64,000 nucleotides of DNA, from the IMG/VR virus record IMGVR_UViG_3300028887_000079, positions 32,001 to 96,000 of that record; one strand, written 5' to 3'. A model generated the notes under the pieces. That model was not told where the DNA came from, ran no database searches, and saw nothing but the letters and a program-made list of their open reading frames with translations. Positions within the stretch are counted from its first letter, which is position 1. Every line of letters starts with the position of its first letter. The stretch comes from a virus. Lineage: Duplodnaviria > Caudoviricetes. Below, in pieces: positions 9,867-19,473 of this stretch. Made by a program: the position numbers and the translations under genes.

Positions 9867-10775
9867 TCATAATCCCAATTCACTCCGTATTCTTGCTATC
9901 TCATGTGGCGCCAAATCGCCAACGTCCCTTTTCTTGCCATCGGGAGTTGTCCCAAAGTCTTCGCACGCCACGGACACCTTGACGCCATAACGCGCCAATT
10001 CTTCCGCATACGCATGTGCTTCCGCCTGAGCGGTTGGTTCGGGGTCGAAGAAGAATACCACTTCCGGCCATCGAGTTAAGCACATGATTTGCGCTTTTTT
10101 ACACCCGGTGCCAAAAGTTGCCACGGCGCCCGGACCTAATTTCCAAGCATCCACAACGCCTTCAACCACGACTACGCGGCGGCCCTTGGCAAGGTTTCCG
10201 CCGTAAACAATGTCCTTGTAGTGCATCAGCGCCTTATCAAGCGGGCATACCTTATAGCGCTCCACATCATCGCGCCCGGTTACATCACGCCCTTGGAATG
10301 ATACAAGCCTGCCATCAAGATCGTAGATGGGAATGATAATGCGATTCCCGTAATCCTTCCCTTCAAATTTGTCAAAAGGATTAGTCCCTAAAATGCCATA
10401 CCGCTGAACGAGCATGTCGGGGTCCAGCCCACGGCGAAGAAGATAGTTGCGATGGTATGGCATAAGCTCGCGCCCCGGCAATTTGAGAGAGGACGCATAT
10501 TGAAGATGAGAATCCGGAACGGCAGCATCGCCGCCGCAGTCCTTCAACGCCTTTATGATTTCGCGTTGTGGGCGCCCGCATAGCGCCTGAAGCGCTTCGA
10601 ACCCCGTGCCGCCGGGGCAGCGCCAACAATGGTATCGAAGCGCATAGCGATAGAAGCCCCCGTGCTCGCTTGGGTCATCACAGAAGGGGCAATGCACCTG
10701 TAACCAATTACCGGTGCTTTTGCCCTTCGTGTCGAATGGGATTCCAAGATCATGTAGGAGCTTCGCTGTGTCCAT
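9867..10775 (-). CDS. DNA primase (Zn finger + TOPRIM)
   Basis: CPFC...CWRC, RIIIPI..FQGR, VVEGVVDA, FFDPE, RDVGD. Confidence 0.85.
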   Translation of the reverse strand: MDTAKLLHDLGIPFDTKGKSTGNWLQVHCPFCDDPSEHGGFYRYALRYHCWRCPGGTGFEALQALCGRPQREIIKALKDCGGDAAVPDSHLQYASSLKLPGRELMPYHRNYLLRRGLDPDMLVQRYGILGTNPFDKFEGKDYGNRIIIPIYDLDGRLVSFQGRDVTGRDDVERYKVCPLDKALMHYKDIVYGGNLAKGRRVVVVEGVVDAWKLGPGAVATFGTGCKKAQIMCLTRWPEVVFFFDPEPTAQAEAHAYAEELARYGVKVSVACEDFGTTPDGKKRDVGDLAPHEIARIRSELGL

Positions 10776-10776
10776 C

Positions 10777-11295
10777 TTAGATAGTCAGCGTGAACGGGAA
10801 GGTTTGCTTGACCAATTTGGTTTCTTCGCCGCCCTTGGACCACTGCGTCTTCGGCTTTTCAACGGTTTCTTCCTCGCGTGCGTTGAGATACGGCACGACA
10901 AGGGAGTTGACGGTTTCAAGCGACATTTGACGCGTGAGAACGAATTTGTAGGTATTCGTTCCGCCATCCTCGCACAGCTTGCGGGAACAGCCGACTTCGG
11001 ACAATTCGCCGGTATAGCGCGTGCCATCAAAGTCAACGGTGCAGCGGCTGTCCTGAGGATACTTGACGCTCCAAGCACGCGGATCCGCCGAGATCTTTGC
11101 ATCGAAGTGGCTGAGGATTGTCGGATAGCCTTCTTCCTTCAGCGTGAAGGTGAGCTTCTCGTAAACGAGGAGGTCTTCTTTCTTGGTGAATGCCTGATAA
11201 CCGGTAAGGGATGCGGCGCCTTCGATTTGAAGTTCGAATTCCTTTTCCGGCTGCAACGGGGTCGGCTCTTGGGCCGAGTTCTGTTCTTCGCTCAT
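10777..11295 (-). CDS. hypothetical protein
   Basis: operon packing, high-expression codon usage. Confidence 0.7.
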   Translation of the reverse strand: MSEEQNSAQEPTPLQPEKEFELQIEGAASLTGYQAFTKKEDLLVYEKLTFTLKEEGYPTILSHFDAKISADPRAWSVKYPQDSRCTVDFDGTRYTGELSEVGCSRKLCEDGGTNTYKFVLTRQMSLETVNSLVVPYLNAREEETVEKPKTQWSKGGEETKLVKQTFPFTLTI

Positions 11296-11298
11296 GTT

Positions 11299-11736
11299 TT
11301 ATCCTTTTTTGAAGAAAAGCTGGTGGCGGGGCTTGTCGGAGAAACCAATGTGAATCCATTTGATATTCTCGTTGTCCTTGCCATCCGGGGTGTAGATGAT
11401 AACCTGATCGACCGGGCTAGAAAGCGTGGTTGCCCACTCGCGGCAAAGTTTTGCCAGCGCCAACATATTCGCCTTCGTGTTCTTCCAAGGCTGAATGTCG
11501 GCGGCCATACCTTTACGGTGGGCGCTGGTCTTGCTCCCGCCTACGGCCGCGTTTACGGCGGCGGAACGGAAGCCGGAAGTAATACGGATGCCTTGACCGA
11601 ACTTCTCGCGGAGGGCATCCAGCAAGAGCGCCGTATCGCGCAAGGCGGAAAATTCTTCCCAAGTCTCCGGGCTATTAGGGAGTTTTTGGGAGGTGGTTGT
11701 CATTTCCTTGAGGGAAAAGTATTTCGGTGTTAGCAT
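11299..11736 (-). CDS. peptidase M15A (D-Ala-D-Ala Zn peptidase family) lysin-like protein
   Basis: ITSGFRS..VN.AVGG..TSAH..GMAADI...WIHIG; real start probably MLTPKYF. Confidence 0.85.
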   Translation of the reverse strand: MLTPKYFSLKEMTTTSQKLPNSPETWEEFSALRDTALLLDALREKFGQGIRITSGFRSAAVNAAVGGSKTSAHRKGMAADIQPWKNTKANMLALAKLCREWATTLSSPVDQVIIYTPDGKDNENIKWIHIGFSDKPRHQLFFKKG

Positions 11737-11737
11737 C

Positions 11738-12460
11738 TTAAACGTCCTTTGTGGTTGGATCCCAAAAATACTTGTGCTGCTGAAGTTGGCAACAGAAGTT
11801 TCCGTCCGGATGGTTGAGGACAAACATCGGAATATGGGACATAGTGACCTTGCCGAAACTCGGACTGATGTAGATCGGGGTCGGCGGGGCGAGACGTTCG
11901 CGCACGGCGAGGACATCATCGAAGTCGTCATCCGCAACCACACACTTCACAATGTCCCAAGGACGGAGCAGCCCAAGGTTTTCGGGAAGCATCTTGTCCA
12001 ACATCTTGGAACTGGAGCACTTCCAGTCCATAATGAAGTGGACGAGAACCGGATACGGCGCATTGAGGGACGTGCGCCATTCAACCATCTCCTTCAGCGG
12101 CACTGCGCCGTTGGTTTCGAAGTCGATGTCAAATCCGGCGCCAAGCAGCATGTTGCCGAGGACCTGCATCCAAGGGACGTTTTCGGGGAGGAGCGGTTCG
12201 CCGCCGGTGATGGTCACGTGGCGGATATACTCGCCCGCCAATTTCGTGATTTGGGCGAAGGCTTCTTCCGGCTGCATTTCAAGCAGCGGGCGGTCGTAGA
12301 GTTTGTTATACACCGCGGGATTCCAGCTTTCCGGCGTATCGCAAGGATAGGCGCATCTCAGATTGCAACCGTAGGTGCGGAGAAAAATAGTGGGGCGGCC
12401 GGCGTGATAGGCCTCCCCATCAATGGACCTGAAAATGTTGATGATTTTAAGGCTGTTCAT
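11738..12460 (-). CDS. queE: 7-carboxy-7-deazaguanine synthase (radical SAM)
   Basis: IFRSIDGE, FLRTYGCNLRCAYPCDT, TITGGEPL, ETNG, QLQQHK. Confidence 0.9.
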   Translation of the reverse strand: MNSLKIINIFRSIDGEAYHAGRPTIFLRTYGCNLRCAYPCDTPESWNPAVYNKLYDRPLLEMQPEEAFAQITKLAGEYIRHVTITGGEPLLPENVPWMQVLGNMLLGAGFDIDFETNGAVPLKEMVEWRTSLNAPYPVLVHFIMDWKCSSSKMLDKMLPENLGLLRPWDIVKCVVADDDFDDVLAVRERLAPPTPIYISPSFGKVTMSHIPMFVLNHPDGNFCCQLQQHKYFWDPTTKDV

Positions 12461-12552
12461 ATTACCTTCCACAAATTAGATGATAATTATTATACGGGAC
12501 GTGTAAAATAAAAGCCTGCCACGCGGGCAGGCCGGAAAGGACTGGTCCTCGA

Positions 12553-12900
12553 TTAGGTGAGTTCGAGGAGATACTTGATGGCGGCGCCGAGAGCGTTCTT
12601 GTAGGCGACCATCGCTTCGCGGACCTCGGCGATCGGGCGGGCGATCGCAACAGTTTCGCCAGTCGGGTTCTGTTCCTTGATGTCTTCGTCCCATTCGTTG
12701 ATGCGGTCGAAGATGAAGTCGCGATCCCTGGCGAGCTTGATGATGCGTTCGCTCAAGGTCATCGGCTTCTTCTTGTCATTCATGATGTGGTCCAGCACTT
12801 CCGAAATGCCGCGGGGAAGGCCACTCGGGCGCTGCGGCGTTTCCGGGGTTTCCTGAGTCACATTCTTGTTTTCAGATTCCTTCTTCTTGTTGTTCGACAT
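12553..12900 (-). CDS. hypothetical protein
   Basis: AAGGA RBS, followed by terminator-like hairpin. Confidence 0.7.
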   Translation of the reverse strand: MSNNKKKESENKNVTQETPETPQRPSGLPRGISEVLDHIMNDKKKPMTLSERIIKLARDRDFIFDRINEWDEDIKEQNPTGETVAIARPIAEVREAMVAYKNALGAAIKYLLELT

Positions 12901-13256
12901 AGTTAATCCTTTGCCTATCAGGCGGTTAGAGTTTTTATTTATCGTCACATGCATTTACGATAAAGCAAACGGCATTGATAAGTAGGCATACAATGCCAGT
13001 CGGAATGTCGTGCTTCACGAATAAAATTACAAGGGACATGAGGATTCCAATGATGCTCACCCATGTAAGCGGCTTGTGCAAAATATCGCGCATCAAATTT
13101 CCTCCGTAAGGACCTTTTTCATTTCAGCCTTGAATTCCAAGACTGCGCGGGATCCGATAATGGTCCCGCCGGTGACCTTGTCGAAGTGGACAATGCCGAG
13201 TGCTGAATCAACATTGAGTCGCTTCAGGAGCTGAATTGCCTTTTGAATTTGGCGCG

Positions 13257-13598
13257 TCATTCTTTCCTCTTATTCTTATATCGCTCATATACCTTCAAGC
13301 TGTCACGCTGGTATGCGTGATATTTTTCAAGGCACAGATGATTGGACATGTCCGGGCACGCGGCTATCACATTTTCGCGCTTCGCAAGGACCTTGTCGTA
13401 TTCATACGCGTAGTATTCCGAGCCTTCCATCACCGTGGCGGTGATGATCATCAGGATGAATGCAATGAAGGCAACGCTTCCCATAACGCATCCGCATTTG
13501 GTCGCGTCATTGGGCGCCATAACCATAATGGCAACGGCGCCAATAAAAACGCCCACATATGCCGCTCCATACTCCGCTATTTCGAAAGCGATTACCAT
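13257..13598 (-). CDS. hypothetical membrane protein
   Basis: two hydrophobic segments. Confidence 0.6.
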   Translation of the reverse strand: MVIAFEIAEYGAAYVGVFIGAVAIMVMAPNDATKCGCVMGSVAFIAFILMIITATVMEGSEYYAYEYDKVLAKRENVIAACPDMSNHLCLEKYHAYQRDSLKVYERYKNKRKE

Positions 13599-14230
13599 AA
13601 TGCCGCCCCGACCGGTCCGCATTTGCCGTTCACATTGCCGACAACGGAGACGCCGTTATGAATGTCCACGTGATAGTGCTCGGAGCCATCAATCGGGGCG
13701 CCGGCAACGTCCGCAACCATCACAACCTGAACCTTGCTTTCAACCGCGAGCAGGTTCAGCAGGTCGCCAAGGCGCGTTCTCGCATCGCCACGGATGAATT
13801 TGAAAGGTTCATCCAAGAAAAGGACCTTGCGATTCTTGGACAAGAGCAGGCAGCAAGTGCGCAGGGCGAACGCAATCACGTCCACCACGCCGCCGCCAGC
13901 GGCTTCCAAGGGCGGAACCTTTTCGCCATTGCGATCGAGCCACATGTCCAGCTCCGCCTGATTACGGCGCGATTCAAATTTCATCTTGAACTGGTATGAG
14001 CCGGGGAACACAATGTCAAGCGCCGACTGGACGCAAGAGGTGAAGAACGCGGTAAGATCCGCCTGCAATTCATTGGCGATGGTTTGCACCGTAAGAATTG
14101 CCTGCGTGATATGGTCCGAGCGCTTCGTCAGGTCGTCAATGCGCTGACGGGAATCGGCTACGGCCTTGGCAAGCGTTTCGCGCTGCCCTTCGGCCTTCGC
14201 CAGCGATATCAATGCGTTACTAAGTTTCAT
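13592..14230 (-). CDS. sbcC: SbcC/Rad50 (gp46-like) C-terminal half
   Basis: coiled coil, signature-like AAGGG, Walker B/D-loop LFLDEPF. Confidence 0.75.
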   Translation of the reverse strand: MKLSNALISLAKAEGQRETLAKAVADSRQRIDDLTKRSDHITQAILTVQTIANELQADLTAFFTSCVQSALDIVFPGSYQFKMKFESRRNQAELDMWLDRNGEKVPPLEAAGGGVVDVIAFALRTCCLLLSKNRKVLFLDEPFKFIRGDARTRLGDLLNLLAVESKVQVVMVADVAGAPIDGSEHYHVDIHNGVSVVGNVNGKCGPVGAALW

Positions 14231-14257
14231 ATTGACTTATACGGAAAAAGGGACAAG

Positions 14258-15424
14258 TTATAGCGGCTTGCCGCAAATCGGGCACGCCTTGCCTTCAAGC
14301 GATGCGGACACCTCCGCCAATTCATGTTCAGCGGTGTGAATCGAATTGGAAAGGGTTTCCACCTCGTTTACATAGCGGATTGTTTCTTCAAGATCGCGGA
14401 TGCATTCGCCAACATACTGACCTCGCTCAATAAGCGCGTTTGCTGCGCTTATACAGCTGTTTTTCTTGGCGAGTCCATTAGTTAGTTGGTCGAGCCCATA
14501 AATCGCCGTAGACAGGGTGGAAAGCTCGCTATCGAGCGTGCGGGTGTCAATGCGGGAAAGCGCATCAATCTTCGGTTCGACTGCCTGAACGGCGAACTTG
14601 GCGCGTTCCAGCTTGGCCCCGGTATCCTTGATTTCGTCAAGGCGCTGAAGGCTCATCAGGTCCGCATACAAGGCGTCCGTGTTCGGGTAGGAATTGATTT
14701 TGGCATCCGCGTTGATGAGGACGCATTTGGTGCGCTGGATTTTTTCATCAAGCTGAGCCAATTCATCCAAGGTGCCCAACGCGGCAATATCGGATTCAAG
14801 CCCTTCAACAACGCCACAAACCTTTTCCAGCTCGGCAACCTTTTCTTTGGCGCCGTCAACCCAATCATACTTGGCAAGGTTCTTTTCAGCCTCGGCAAGG
14901 CGGGCGGTTTCGTCCTTCAAGGAATTGGCGTTGTCGCGGCTCTTGCCTTTCAATGCCTTTTGATAGGTATCGATTTCTTCAAGGCCGACCAACGAATTCA
15001 GGTAGCGGGCAGCTTCGCCCGGGGTGGACGAAAGCAGGAACGGCGGATCCATTTGACGCTGAATGTTGACAGCGCCAATGTTGACGGCGCGTTCAATTTC
15101 AACGGGGACGGCGCCCTTCAATGCTTCATAGCGCTCTTCGCCGTTGGCGCCGTAACGGATATAGCCGTTAAACTCCTTCGAGCGAATGCGCGAGATGTTG
15201 TCAATCGAAACGGAAACGGGGGCTTGAATTTCGCCCTTCTTGTTCTTTGCCCAATAGGAGGCAAATGCGGTTCCATCCGGCTTGTTTGTCAGCGCCCAAA
15301 GCATTGCACGCAAGACTGCCGACTTGCCGGAATCGCTCACGCCTTCAAAAGAGTTGACCGTAGGGGACAACTCAATTTGGGTTTCCTTGTGCGATTGGAA
15401 GTTTCGGATGGTTACGTGATGCAT
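14258..15424 (-). CDS. sbcC: SbcC/Rad50 (gp46-like) N-terminal half
   Basis: IRNFQSH, Walker A GVSDSGKS, Q-loop, coiled coil ending in zinc hook CPICG. Confidence 0.85.
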   Translation of the reverse strand: MHHVTIRNFQSHKETQIELSPTVNSFEGVSDSGKSAVLRAMLWALTNKPDGTAFASYWAKNKKGEIQAPVSVSIDNISRIRSKEFNGYIRYGANGEERYEALKGAVPVEIERAVNIGAVNIQRQMDPPFLLSSTPGEAARYLNSLVGLEEIDTYQKALKGKSRDNANSLKDETARLAEAEKNLAKYDWVDGAKEKVAELEKVCGVVEGLESDIAALGTLDELAQLDEKIQRTKCVLINADAKINSYPNTDALYADLMSLQRLDEIKDTGAKLERAKFAVQAVEPKIDALSRIDTRTLDSELSTLSTAIYGLDQLTNGLAKKNSCISAANALIERGQYVGECIRDLEETIRYVNEVETLSNSIHTAEHELAEVSASLEGKACPICGKPL

Positions 15425-15427
15425 TGA

Positions 15428-15655
15428 TTATGCTCCGGCAAAGATGGTGTCGAGTTCGCCTTCGATCTTGGTCTGTTCCGCCTTGGCGCTTGCCAATTCG
15501 TTTTGCTTGCTGTTGCGGATCGAGATGAGGGTCGGAATGTCATCCGTGCCGAACTTTGCTTTCAGGTCGGTGAGGATGGTGGCACGCTTGTTTTCCATAA
15601 TGCCGATGTCAACCTTGATTTGGTCGCGGCGCTTGATTGCGGTTTGAATATCCAT
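15428..15655 (-). CDS. small coiled-coil protein
   Basis: AGGAG RBS; lies between sbcD and sbcC. Confidence 0.7.
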   Translation of the reverse strand: MDIQTAIKRRDQIKVDIGIMENKRATILTDLKAKFGTDDIPTLISIRNSKQNELASAKAEQTKIEGELDTIFAGA

Positions 15656-15684
15656 TGTAAAACTCCTTTGATTTAATATACGGA

Positions 15685-16593
15685 CTAGTCCGCGTTAAGT
15701 GATTCCATAACTTCTGTGAGGACCTGCTGAACGCCTTCGGGAAGGGTAGGCATCTTTTCGGCGAGCGCCTCGGAGAAGGATTTCATTGAAATTGTCCCGG
15801 ACTGAAGGGTGGCAATGAAGTGCGCCTTCATCCCTTCGACCTGATGCTCGCGCTCAAGGTATTCGGTGGCGACTTTGCCTTGAACCGGAATATCCACGCG
15901 CTCGGCGGAAAGATCGAAAGTGTCATAGATGTAGACATGCGGTTGGTAGTCCTTCATGTCAGCAGCCTGAATGTTCAGGCAGCCCGGCGTAATAACGCGG
16001 CGGCCATCTTTGGGGCTAGTGTAAATGTAGCCGTGGTGGTAGTCGCCAGTAAGGACAACGCTTGCGGCCGGGCAGGCATCCAACAAATCCTGAGCGATGA
16101 CGCCTTTCATACCGGGGACCGGCTTCGCTTCTTCATTAGGGAAGGTGAGCTGGTGGGTTGCCCAAGTGTGCATCGCATTTGCCTTCATATAGTTGGACAG
16201 CTCCTCGTATTGAGGTTCCGTGCCGAACGGGTATGAGACAAGCCCGGAGGGTTGGTCGATGCCGAGCATCGGATGTTTATGAAGAATGATGCCGATGGAG
16301 GAGCGCTCCAGTTCCCGGAAGTTGTGGTAGGGCAGGTCGTGGTTTCCGCAAAGCACGCGGACTTCGCACGGCGCCTTTTCAAATTCCTGAAGCACGAGGT
16401 TCACCGCCTCGGTGGAGACGCGGCTAGTGTCGAACAGGTCGCCGAGAATCCAAATCGATTCAACTTTCTTGGCGCGGGCAATTTCCCACACCGATTCAAT
16501 ATCGCGCCGTTGGGTTTCAATCCAATCTTCATCGGCGCGGCAAAGCGGACGCGATCCGCTTATGTGCCAGTCTGCTGTAAGTAATACTCTCAT
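15685..16593 (-). CDS. sbcD: SbcD/Mre11 (gp47-like) nuclease
   Basis: ADWH, GDLFD, GNHD, GDYH metallophosphoesterase motifs. Confidence 0.85.
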   Translation of the reverse strand: MRVLLTADWHISGSRPLCRADEDWIETQRRDIESVWEIARAKKVESIWILGDLFDTSRVSTEAVNLVLQEFEKAPCEVRVLCGNHDLPYHNFRELERSSIGIILHKHPMLGIDQPSGLVSYPFGTEPQYEELSNYMKANAMHTWATHQLTFPNEEAKPVPGMKGVIAQDLLDACPAASVVLTGDYHHGYIYTSPKDGRRVITPGCLNIQAADMKDYQPHVYIYDTFDLSAERVDIPVQGKVATEYLEREHQVEGMKAHFIATLQSGTISMKSFSEALAEKMPTLPEGVQQVLTEVMESLNAD

Positions 16594-16620
16594 AGGCCTT
16601 AATATACGGACAAGTTGTCG

Positions 16621-16935
16621 TTATTTCTTCTTGGTTTTGGTGAGCTGCTTTTTGAGCATCTCAATCATCTTCACGCGGTTGTGGTTTTTCTCTTCGCTGT
16701 TCTTGCCATCCATCTCATAGAGGTTCAGGCGCAGCATTAAAATATCCAGTTGCGTGTCGTGCAATTCGGTGGCGCGTTGCGCGACCTCCGCCAGCAAGCC
16801 CCGGAAGATGACAAGGATGGAAGGACTAATGGTTTCCTTCGGCAACGCATTAGGGATAATGTCATTGAGCAGGGCCGGCGTATCAACTGACCACTCCATT
16901 TTTTGCGGTATACGCATTGTGAGTGTTTTTGCCAT
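16621..16935 (-). CDS. hypothetical protein
   Basis: AAGGAAAG RBS. Confidence 0.7.
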   Translation of the reverse strand: MAKTLTMRIPQKMEWSVDTPALLNDIIPNALPKETISPSILVIFRGLLAEVAQRATELHDTQLDILMLRLNLYEMDGKNSEEKNHNRVKMIEMLKKQLTKTKKK

Positions 16936-16954
16936 ATTTCTTTCCTTATATCGG

Positions 16955-17215
16955 TTAGTCGGTGATCAAATGGAAACCGCTTATGAAGCGATTCCACTTC
17001 TTATCGTTTTTGATTGCACGGGCATCCGAAGAATTTTTCCCGCTGAACTTTTCATATGCACGGAGGTATTCTTCTCGGAAGGCTTCTTCGCCTTCTACAA
17101 TTTTATAAGGTTCGCCGTTGTAATAGGCGATCTTTGCGTGCTTCTCCGCGATCTCCGCAGACGGGAATTTATTGGGGAGATAGCCTATCTCGTAGATGAC
17201 GTAGTAATTTGCCAT
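16955..17215 (-). CDS. hypothetical protein
   Basis: first gene after early promoter 17263-17294. Confidence 0.7.
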   Translation of the reverse strand: MANYYVIYEIGYLPNKFPSAEIAEKHAKIAYYNGEPYKIVEGEEAFREEYLRAYEKFSGKNSSDARAIKNDKKWNRFISGFHLITD

Positions 17216-17262
17216 ATTTCTTTCCTTGAACCGGGACCGCTGGATCGCCGCCCCGCCACTAT

Positions 17263-17294
17263 AATATACATTCGTTGTTTGAAAAAGACACCCC
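17263..17294 (-). promoter_or_regulatory. early promoter GGGGTGTCTTTTTCA-N11-TATATT
   Basis: one of 5 copies with identical spacing. Confidence 0.8.
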
Positions 17295-17369
17295 GTATTT
17301 CGAAATCAAATATGGCGATTTTAGCGAAATTTCGCGGATTTCAAAAAAAGTGGACTTTTTCTCAGAAAA

Positions 17370-17401
17370 GGGGTGTCTTTTTCAGTAGACGTTTCTATAT
17401 T
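17370..17401 (+). promoter_or_regulatory. early promoter GGGGTGTCTTTTTCA-N11-TATATT
   Basis: divergent partner of 17263-17294. Confidence 0.8.
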
Positions 17402-17443
17402 ATTGTCATACGGCACAGGTAGCGCCGGAACAAGGAAAGAAAA

Positions 17444-18304
17444 ATGCAGTTTGAAACCACAAAGACACTCGTTCGCACCGACAAGAACGGAACCAAGATT
17501 TATAATGTCATCCGCCCGTGCTACCGCTGTGGCGGCCGCGGGATCCTCAACTGCTATATGCATGTTGAAGCGGGCACCTGCTTCGCCTGCAACGGAACCG
17601 GCCGCGAAGAAGCCACCGAGAAGGAATACACTGAAGAATACCTCGAACGCAAGGCCGCACGCGCCAAGGCAAAAGAGGACGCCCGCAAGGCCGCGTGGAA
17701 TGTGACCGATGCGCTGGCGAAACTCGGTTACGGCGAATACATCGGCATCGTCACGGATATGAATGGCACGCGCAACTACGGCGACAACTTTGAATGGCTG
17801 GTCCGCGATGGCAAGTGCAAGTATGAAAAGGGCTGCTCGGGCCTGCTTTCCCCGGATGTGACCCGCAGCGAAATCACCTTCGCCCTGATGCCTGCCACCG
17901 AGAAGTTCCTCATCGTGCCGGTGCATTGGTCCGAATTGCTCGAAGCCGACTATGAAAATTGCCGCCTGAGCTGGAAGGATGGCGCCGCCAAGGTCGCCCT
18001 CAAGAATCACACCTACAACTTCCCGCAGGCGAAATTCGAGTCCGCATTCGTTGGCGCCGAAGGCGATAAGATCGAAATCAACGTGAAGCTCCGCCGCGTC
18101 ACCGGTTTCGAATCCACATTTGGCTACACCAATGTTTACACCTTCGAAGATGCCGCACACAACCTGATCGTGTGGAAGACCGGGAAGGGCCTTGACTTGG
18201 AAGCTGGCGCCTACGCCCGCATCACCGGAACGATCAAGGAACATTCCGAGTTCCGTGGCGAAAAGCAAACCGTTCTCACCCGCTGCAAGGTCATTGCCGC
18301 ATAA
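17444..18304 (+). CDS. Zn-finger + OB-fold nucleic-acid-binding protein
   Basis: CYRCGGRG/CFACNGTG repeats; C-terminal ITGTIKEHSEFRGEKQTVLTRC OB-fold pattern. Confidence 0.65.
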   Translation: MQFETTKTLVRTDKNGTKIYNVIRPCYRCGGRGILNCYMHVEAGTCFACNGTGREEATEKEYTEEYLERKAARAKAKEDARKAAWNVTDALAKLGYGEYIGIVTDMNGTRNYGDNFEWLVRDGKCKYEKGCSGLLSPDVTRSEITFALMPATEKFLIVPVHWSELLEADYENCRLSWKDGAAKVALKNHTYNFPQAKFESAFVGAEGDKIEINVKLRRVTGFESTFGYTNVYTFEDAAHNLIVWKTGKGLDLEAGAYARITGTIKEHSEFRGEKQTVLTRCKVIAA

Positions 18305-18314
18305 GGAGGTCATC

Positions 18315-18470
18315 ATGAACAAGCCCGTTTATTTCGAAGAATACAAGAGCCCGGCATATTGGGCACAGCAGCGCAAGGGTCACCCCGTCCGCGATCGCCT
18401 GCTCGCCCTTGCCGCCTTGGCGCTGGTTATTGGCGGCGATATGCTCACCTCTATGATTTGCGGAGGTTAA
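18315..18470 (+). CDS. small membrane protein
   Basis: AAGGAGG RBS. Confidence 0.65.
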   Translation: MNKPVYFEEYKSPAYWAQQRKGHPVRDRLLALAALALVIGGDMLTSMICGG

Positions 18471-18471
18471 T

Positions 18472-18681
18472 ATGACCGGACACGCAATTTTACTCATAAC
18501 GGTGTTTATGCCGGTTATCGCATACATCGTAATCTATTTCTTGGAACGCAGGGTCGGAACCGCCCCGCTCCGTGCCCATCGGCGCACCTTCTTATGGCTC
18601 ATCAAAAATTTGTCCGCGTCTTACGGCATTGGCGTATTGCTGGTGCTTGGCTACAAGCTGGCGGAAATTCTCATCGGATAG
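18472..18681 (+). CDS. small membrane protein
   Basis: GGAGG RBS, 2 TM segments. Confidence 0.65.
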   Translation: MTGHAILLITVFMPVIAYIVIYFLERRVGTAPLRAHRRTFLWLIKNLSASYGIGVLLVLGYKLAEILIG

Positions 18682-18690
18682 GAGGCACAA

Positions 18691-19062
18691 ATGACTTCGG
18701 AACAGTGGTATGCACCCGCGCATCAGCGCATCGCCGAAATCAAGGCAAAAGGCCGCGACCCGTATTGGCGTGCCAAGGACTTGATCCGTGCCGCACACCT
18801 CACGGATGGCAAGGTGAAAATCAACCTCAAGAATCTGTATGACAAAACAGACGTCCTCCCGCTCACGCTGGAAGAAAACAGTTGGGGCGATTTTGAACTG
18901 CGCTACGGCAACGGAGTGCTTTGCGCCAAACTCCAACGCGCCACCCACGAAAAGGCGGCGGAGCAGCTGACCCGCGAACTGCTTGCAATGAGCGCCAACA
19001 TGGACCTGACTTGGAAGCAATACAACATTGACACCGCCCGCGCTCGCGGATATGACGTATAA
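18691..19062 (+). CDS. hypothetical protein
   Basis: AGGAGG RBS. Confidence 0.75.
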   Translation: MTSEQWYAPAHQRIAEIKAKGRDPYWRAKDLIRAAHLTDGKVKINLKNLYDKTDVLPLTLEENSWGDFELRYGNGVLCAKLQRATHEKAAEQLTRELLAMSANMDLTWKQYNIDTARARGYDV

Positions 19063-19071
19063 GGAGGCAGT

Positions 19072-19473
19072 ATGGCAACCCTTTATGAAAAAGAATTCAC
19101 GGCACAGGTCGCCCGTTTGATCGCGGCCGGATATACTATAGCGGTCCATCCTATGGGCGGAAGTCAAGGCGAAATCGCCAAGGTCTGTTTCGAAAAGGAT
19201 GGCAAGTATTACGCCCTGTATTTGACCAACGAATTTAACGATGATGGCGCAACGCCGGAAAAGCCCGGAGATGCCGTCCACATGATTTTTGGATCCGCAG
19301 CCGGAGATTACGGGGCGCCCCAGTCAATCATGTGGCTGAAAAACCTATTTGAAATTGAACGCCGCACCTTTCACATAATCGGCGGCTATAACAAAAAGAA
19401 CGCGTTTATCACGGAAGATAAAGACGCGGCTTGGAAGGCAGCACAAGAACACGAGGTAGCGATATGCCGGTAA
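19072..19473 (+). CDS. hypothetical protein
   Basis: AAGGAGG RBS. Confidence 0.75.
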   Translation: MATLYEKEFTAQVARLIAAGYTIAVHPMGGSQGEIAKVCFEKDGKYYALYLTNEFNDDGATPEKPGDAVHMIFGSAAGDYGAPQSIMWLKNLFEIERRTFHIIGGYNKKNAFITEDKDAAWKAAQEHEVAICR

